Below, piece after piece: positions 60,241 through 64,000 of a DNA stretch of 64,000 nt (position 1 is its first letter; every line of letters starts with the position of its first letter). The position numbers were made by a program, and so were the translations under genes. The notes beneath the pieces were generated by a model, which did no database searches, had not been told where the DNA came from, and was given only the letters and a program-made list of their open reading frames with translations. Origin of the DNA: a virus; the IMG/VR virus record IMGVR_UViG_3300046779_001442, positions 46,901 through 110,900 of that record; one strand, 5' to 3'.

Positions 60241-60269
60241 TTGACACCAATTCAATAACCTGCTATACT
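60241..60269 (+). promoter_or_regulatory. Promoter for transglycosylase gene
   Basis: TTGACA-17nt-TATACT with TG extension. Confidence 0.75.
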
Positions 60270-60329
60270 ATATAGTAAGTACAGACACCCTTCAATAAGG
60301 TGTCTTTGCTTTTCTACAGGAGGAAGCGA

Positions 60330-60917
60330 ATGATACAACCAGAAAATAATGGTAAGATTGCACTTGCATTCACTACCGTTGTCGTTATGTTGGCATTTAT
60401 CACTTCAAGTGCTAATGCTGCTACTGTTACTGCAATTTCATCTACCGATGCAAATAAGCAAAAGTATTTGAATGTAACAGTTGCGACAAAGCCAAGCCCG
60501 TTAGAACAAGCTACAAAGGTAGTAAAAATTGTTTCTAAAACTAAGTATGACACCAATGACATGCTTACGGCTGAGGAGCTCAAAGCTGTACTATTCAGCG
60601 TTGGCTTCCGTGGCAACAACCTAAAAGAAGCATGGGCAATTGCGATGAAAGAGTCAAACGGGAGACCAATGGCTCACAATCGTAATTCCAGCACAGGAGA
60701 CAACTCGTATGGTCTATTTCAGATTAATATGATTGGATCACTTGGCCCAGATAGATTGAAGAAGTTTGACCTTAAGTCTAACTCTGATTTATTTGATCCA
60801 GTAACAAGTGCTAAAATTGCATTCTTTATGTCTAATGGAGGCCAAGACTGGTCTGCATGGCATGGGATTACATCAAGAACTAAAGAGTTCATGAAGGACT
60901 TCCCTAGTGGTTCATAA
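60330..60917 (+). CDS. Secreted lytic transglycosylase (SLT/lysozyme-like)
   Basis: AGGAGG RBS; signal peptide; AMKESNG, YGLFQIN, DP...A, WSAW. Confidence 0.85.
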   Translation: MIQPENNGKIALAFTTVVVMLAFITSSANAATVTAISSTDANKQKYLNVTVATKPSPLEQATKVVKIVSKTKYDTNDMLTAEELKAVLFSVGFRGNNLKEAWAIAMKESNGRPMAHNRNSSTGDNSYGLFQINMIGSLGPDRLKKFDLKSNSDLFDPVTSAKIAFFMSNGGQDWSAWHGITSRTKEFMKDFPSGS

Positions 60918-61332
60918 TTTAATGCAGGACGTTTACCCTCACCCAGAGAAGTTTTGGATTACTCTTGAAACCCAAAATGTCCTGGGTGGGGTGAACTTCT
61001 TGGGAGACGGCCCAAACCAAACACTTACTATACCGTTTGAAAATCTAGATAGAGATCCATATGCTACTGAGGATCCATACTTAAGATATGAGATAAAGAC
61101 ATTAAGGTATTTTGTAGACTCTAAGCTAGAGAGATATCTTGGTGGATTGCAGCGTGTTGAAAGCTTGATCATCAACAGGGTGTATGACCCGTCATCCTTT
61201 GTGTTTCCAGAGCAAGAATATGTTATATATTTTCCAACAACAAATACTTTAGCTCTAAAGCAGCATTTACCAGTAGACAGAAAAGTCTTCGAAACAAACC
61301 CGATATTCGTTGTTATTCTTCTGAAATGGTAG
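60907..61332 (+). CDS. Hypothetical protein
   Basis: ORF overlapping previous stop; start uncertain. Confidence 0.5.
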   Translation: MVHNLMQDVYPHPEKFWITLETQNVLGGVNFLGDGPNQTLTIPFENLDRDPYATEDPYLRYEIKTLRYFVDSKLERYLGGLQRVESLIINRVYDPSSFVFPEQEYVIYFPTTNTLALKQHLPVDRKVFETNPIFVVILLKW

Positions 61333-61765
61333 CCCATTTAATAATATTACATTGACCATGAGATGGTCTAACATTTTCAATTGTGTCTAAGCCACCCTTA
61401 GACAATGGAAACACATGATCAATATGCAAAGACTTTTCCCATCCTGGCTTTCCGCATTGTCTGGGGGCATCAAGATCGATAGGACCAAGACAAATATGAC
61501 ATCTAGCTCCATACATCTGTACAACCTCGATGTCAGAATATAAGCCAACATCGCCCTTGTATCTTCTACCACGCCTATTACCACCTGGCGTACGCTGTCT
61601 CCAAGCCCTTCTAAGGATGTTTATCTCTTGATTACGCTCTACACGCATACGCTTCCAGTGTGCCCTCATAGCCTCCCTGCAGGGCTCACACGGCTCTTCT
61701 CGTAGCTTTCGTGTGTGTTTGTTGTAGCCATTCATAGTGCCACATGTAGATAGCTGAGATGTCAT
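61313..61765 (-). CDS. HNH endonuclease
   Basis: CHIC...HIDHVFPLSKGG...NVRPSHGQCN; N-terminal CGT...CEPC. Confidence 0.88.
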   Translation of the reverse strand: MTSQLSTCGTMNGYNKHTRKLREEPCEPCREAMRAHWKRMRVERNQEINILRRAWRQRTPGGNRRGRRYKGDVGLYSDIEVVQMYGARCHICLGPIDLDAPRQCGKPGWEKSLHIDHVFPLSKGGLDTIENVRPSHGQCNIIKWATISEE

Positions 61766-61766
61766 A

Positions 61767-61985
61767 TTATTTTGGGGAACAAACATTGCAAGAATCGCTT
61801 GAGCAATCTTGACAGCTGTGTGTAACCTCTCTAAGAGTGTTTATATTACGATAATCAAAGTTAAAAGTTATGCAGGCTACGTGTTCTCCACGCATACCTA
61901 ATAGCCAAGCCACTGCGTTTAGTATTTTTGATTTCCATTCTGGCATGTTCAACACAGTCATAGATGTTACATCTTTATCAATCAC
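61767..61985 (-). CDS. Hypothetical protein, Cys-rich C-terminus
   Basis: GTG start overlapping GT8 stop; start uncertain. Confidence 0.5.
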   Translation of the reverse strand: MIDKDVTSMTVLNMPEWKSKILNAVAWLLGMRGEHVACITFNFDYRNINTLREVTHSCQDCSSDSCNVCSPK

Positions 61986-62776
61986 AAAAGCTCTTCTCCA
62001 AAAATTTTTGCATAGCATTCGTGCCACGCTCTTTCCCACTTTGTATTTCTAAATTTGTTTATCCATGGTTTGCTTGGTCCAACAAAATGAACTATTACTG
62101 GATTGTCATTTTCTTTTGCAAGATGCTCCATGCTTTCCATGTATGTATGAAAGCTATTAAATGAAAAGGGTAGCGGTGACCAGACATCTATAAAGGCATA
62201 GTTCATTGCATCCTGTTCTGGACATAGGGTTGGACCATTATCTTTTGTAAATTGATTCATTCTATCCTCTGCCCCAGAATCTCTCCAGTAATTTAGGTCA
62301 GCGATAAATACCCCGTTATTAAAGTATGGTCTATCAAAATCGTAGAAGCTTTTTACATTCATCGATGAGTATTCCAATGCTGCCAATAACTTATTCCTCA
62401 TTGGATACATAAGGAGAGGAGAAATACTTCTTAATATAATCGTATCTGGATCTATATATATAGCCTTATCAAAGTCTGGCAAAACAGACCCAAGAAATAT
62501 TCTATGATTGCAATGACTAGAAATGTACCCAGACTCATGTGCATTGCCACTTTCCAACATACCCAAAAACTTATCTGAGCAGCGGAACTCTATGTTTAGA
62601 TTTGATACATTAAGCACATCTCTATACCAGCTTACCATTGGTAGAACATCTTGCGGTACTAGACAAACAACGCTCAATGGGTTGGCACCATCATAATTAT
62701 CAGACAAGGACTTCATAAATACCATAGATGGCATTAAATAATTTTTGTCAAATGACGTAACAATGGTAGTTTTCAT
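61982..62776 (-). CDS. Glycosyltransferase family 8
   Basis: DKNY, KAIYIDPD, YFNNGV, EQDAMN, IVHFVG..KPW. Confidence 0.9.
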   Translation of the reverse strand: MKTTIVTSFDKNYLMPSMVFMKSLSDNYDGANPLSVVCLVPQDVLPMVSWYRDVLNVSNLNIEFRCSDKFLGMLESGNAHESGYISSHCNHRIFLGSVLPDFDKAIYIDPDTIILRSISPLLMYPMRNKLLAALEYSSMNVKSFYDFDRPYFNNGVFIADLNYWRDSGAEDRMNQFTKDNGPTLCPEQDAMNYAFIDVWSPLPFSFNSFHTYMESMEHLAKENDNPVIVHFVGPSKPWINKFRNTKWERAWHECYAKIFGEELL

Positions 62777-62828
62777 ACATATATTATCGCACACATTTTA
62801 TTTCTTGTCAAGGTGATATAATAGTTTT

Positions 62829-62993
62829 ATGGATCTTCACGAGGAAATTGGCAAGGTATTGTTCAAGATAGGGCAGGACGTAAAAATACACAAAATGCCA
62901 GACGGACACCTAATAGTTGATATTGACTATGAGGATTACATAGAAGAGATTGTCTGTTTATTTGATGATTTCCTTGATGAGATAGCTGAGTGA
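62829..62993 (+). CDS. Small acidic protein (54 aa, leaderless, not in ORF track)
   Basis: TGATATAAT + 6 nt + ATG; MDLHEEIGKVLFKIGQ... Confidence 0.65.
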   Translation: MDLHEEIGKVLFKIGQDVKIHKMPDGHLIVDIDYEDYIEEIVCLFDDFLDEIAE

Positions 62994-62994
62994 T

Positions 62995-63270
62995 TTGAGT
63001 AAAATATCTGATGTGGCTAGGCCATATGTACAGCAATTTAAGAGGTCTCCACTTTGGGTAAAAGCAATAGCAATACTGTGTGTGCTTTGGCTCACAATGC
63101 CAATTGATCCGTGGGATATCTTGTTTCCATGGTTAGCATTTCACGATGATATATTTGTTGCAACTATATTACTAAAGCTTTTACACAAATATGGTAGTCT
63201 TCCAGATGAAGATAAGACAACTCCAAAAGATATAGTTAATAAGTTAGTTAGAAAAAAACATAAGCATTAA
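62995..63270 (+). CDS. DUF1232/YkvA-like membrane protein
   Basis: LTMPIDP.D..FPWL..HDD. Confidence 0.7.
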   Translation: MSKISDVARPYVQQFKRSPLWVKAIAILCVLWLTMPIDPWDILFPWLAFHDDIFVATILLKLLHKYGSLPDEDKTTPKDIVNKLVRKKHKH

Positions 63271-63854
63271 TCTATTTCAGTCCAAAAAGGTACTGTAAAT
63301 CTAGTTCCACTAATAACCTCAGTTACTTCATGTGCATAGTTTAGGTTACCTGGAAAGATTATAAGATCAAACTTTTTAGGCTTAATGTGCAGATTGTGGG
63401 TTGGGAATACAATGCTGCCACCAGAATAGTCTTCATTTATATATAGAACTGCTGATAAGTGGTTTTCTCCAGAGCCAAGGTCATCAACATGTAGATCCAT
63501 CTTCTTTCCACTCCCCCACTTTACAAGGTAGGAACCACCACAAAAGTGAGAATTGACCCCAAACCTTTCATTAATAATATTGACTGTCTTTTCTTTATAT
63601 TTGTCCAAAATTTCAAATACCTCTGGTCCAGAAAATATCATCTCACTCCATTGCCCAGGAGCATCTTGAGGGTTTAGTCTGTTTGTTAGATTAATTAATG
63701 ATTCTGCATCTTCTTGTGATATAAAATTATTTATAACATGTATATTGTTGCTGCTAGATCCAATTCGATCAAAAAATTCTGTATAGCTTTCAGTTCGGGC
63801 GAATGAGTCTGGACTGTGTCCAACGCCTTTTCCGTTAATGCGATAATCATTCAT
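63267..63854 (-). CDS. 2OG-Fe(II) oxygenase (prolyl 4-hydroxylase-like, leaderless)
   Basis: LHVD, VLYINEDYSGG, LIIFPG, HEV, RFTVPFW; TGATATACT + 6 nt + ATG. Confidence 0.9.
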   Translation of the reverse strand: MNDYRINGKGVGHSPDSFARTESYTEFFDRIGSSSNNIHVINNFISQEDAESLINLTNRLNPQDAPGQWSEMIFSGPEVFEILDKYKEKTVNIINERFGVNSHFCGGSYLVKWGSGKKMDLHVDDLGSGENHLSAVLYINEDYSGGSIVFPTHNLHIKPKKFDLIIFPGNLNYAHEVTEVISGTRFTVPFWTEID

Positions 63855-63915
63855 AACAAAAGTATATCACGTATAAAGCTCGGCGGTAAATAAGAAGATA
63901 ATCCAAGCCAAAGGC

Positions 63916-63944
63916 TTGACAAATTCTCCCATCCGTGACATAAT
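63916..63944 (+). promoter_or_regulatory. Promoter for leaderless ORF starting at 63951 (runs off window)
   Basis: TTGACA-17nt-CATAAT + 6 nt + ATG. Confidence 0.6.
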
Positions 63945-64000
63945 AGATACATGTTAAAAGATGACCCTATCATTACTCTAGAACATACAGATAAGTTCTT

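Overview
A 64-kb internal segment of a large, AT-rich tailed dsDNA phage genome; no bacterial housekeeping context is visible. The host is inferred to be an actinobacterium, from WhiB, nrdI-nrdE-nrdF plus nrdH, short-variable-arm tRNA-Leu genes and many leaderless genes. Layout: tape measure and tail genes (1-10.2 kb); replication and recombination (helicase, primase, SSB, DnaE, RecA, resolvases, Cas4-like; 10.2-23 kb); terminase (24-26.3 kb); class Ib ribonucleotide reductase; surface and membrane proteins; a 22-tRNA array (35.6-38.1 kb) plus two more tRNAs at 58.4 kb; and a long accessory region. Two things stand out. (1) A dispersed hydroxylate-then-glycosylate toolkit: seven 2OG-Fe(II) oxygenases, five GT60/Gnt1-like glycosyltransferases (two translationally coupled directly behind a prolyl-hydroxylase-like gene), a GT8, a sulfotransferase-like protein, an NDP-sugar dehydratase and a sugar C-methyltransferase. 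(2) Unexplained structured non-coding elements: three 170-190 nt RNAs interleaved between tRNAs, a leaderless 31-codon mini-ORF with attenuator-like features inside the tRNA array, and a promoter-driven 89-nt RNA at 54.0 kb; several share loop motifs. All calls come from reading motifs by eye; no searches were run.
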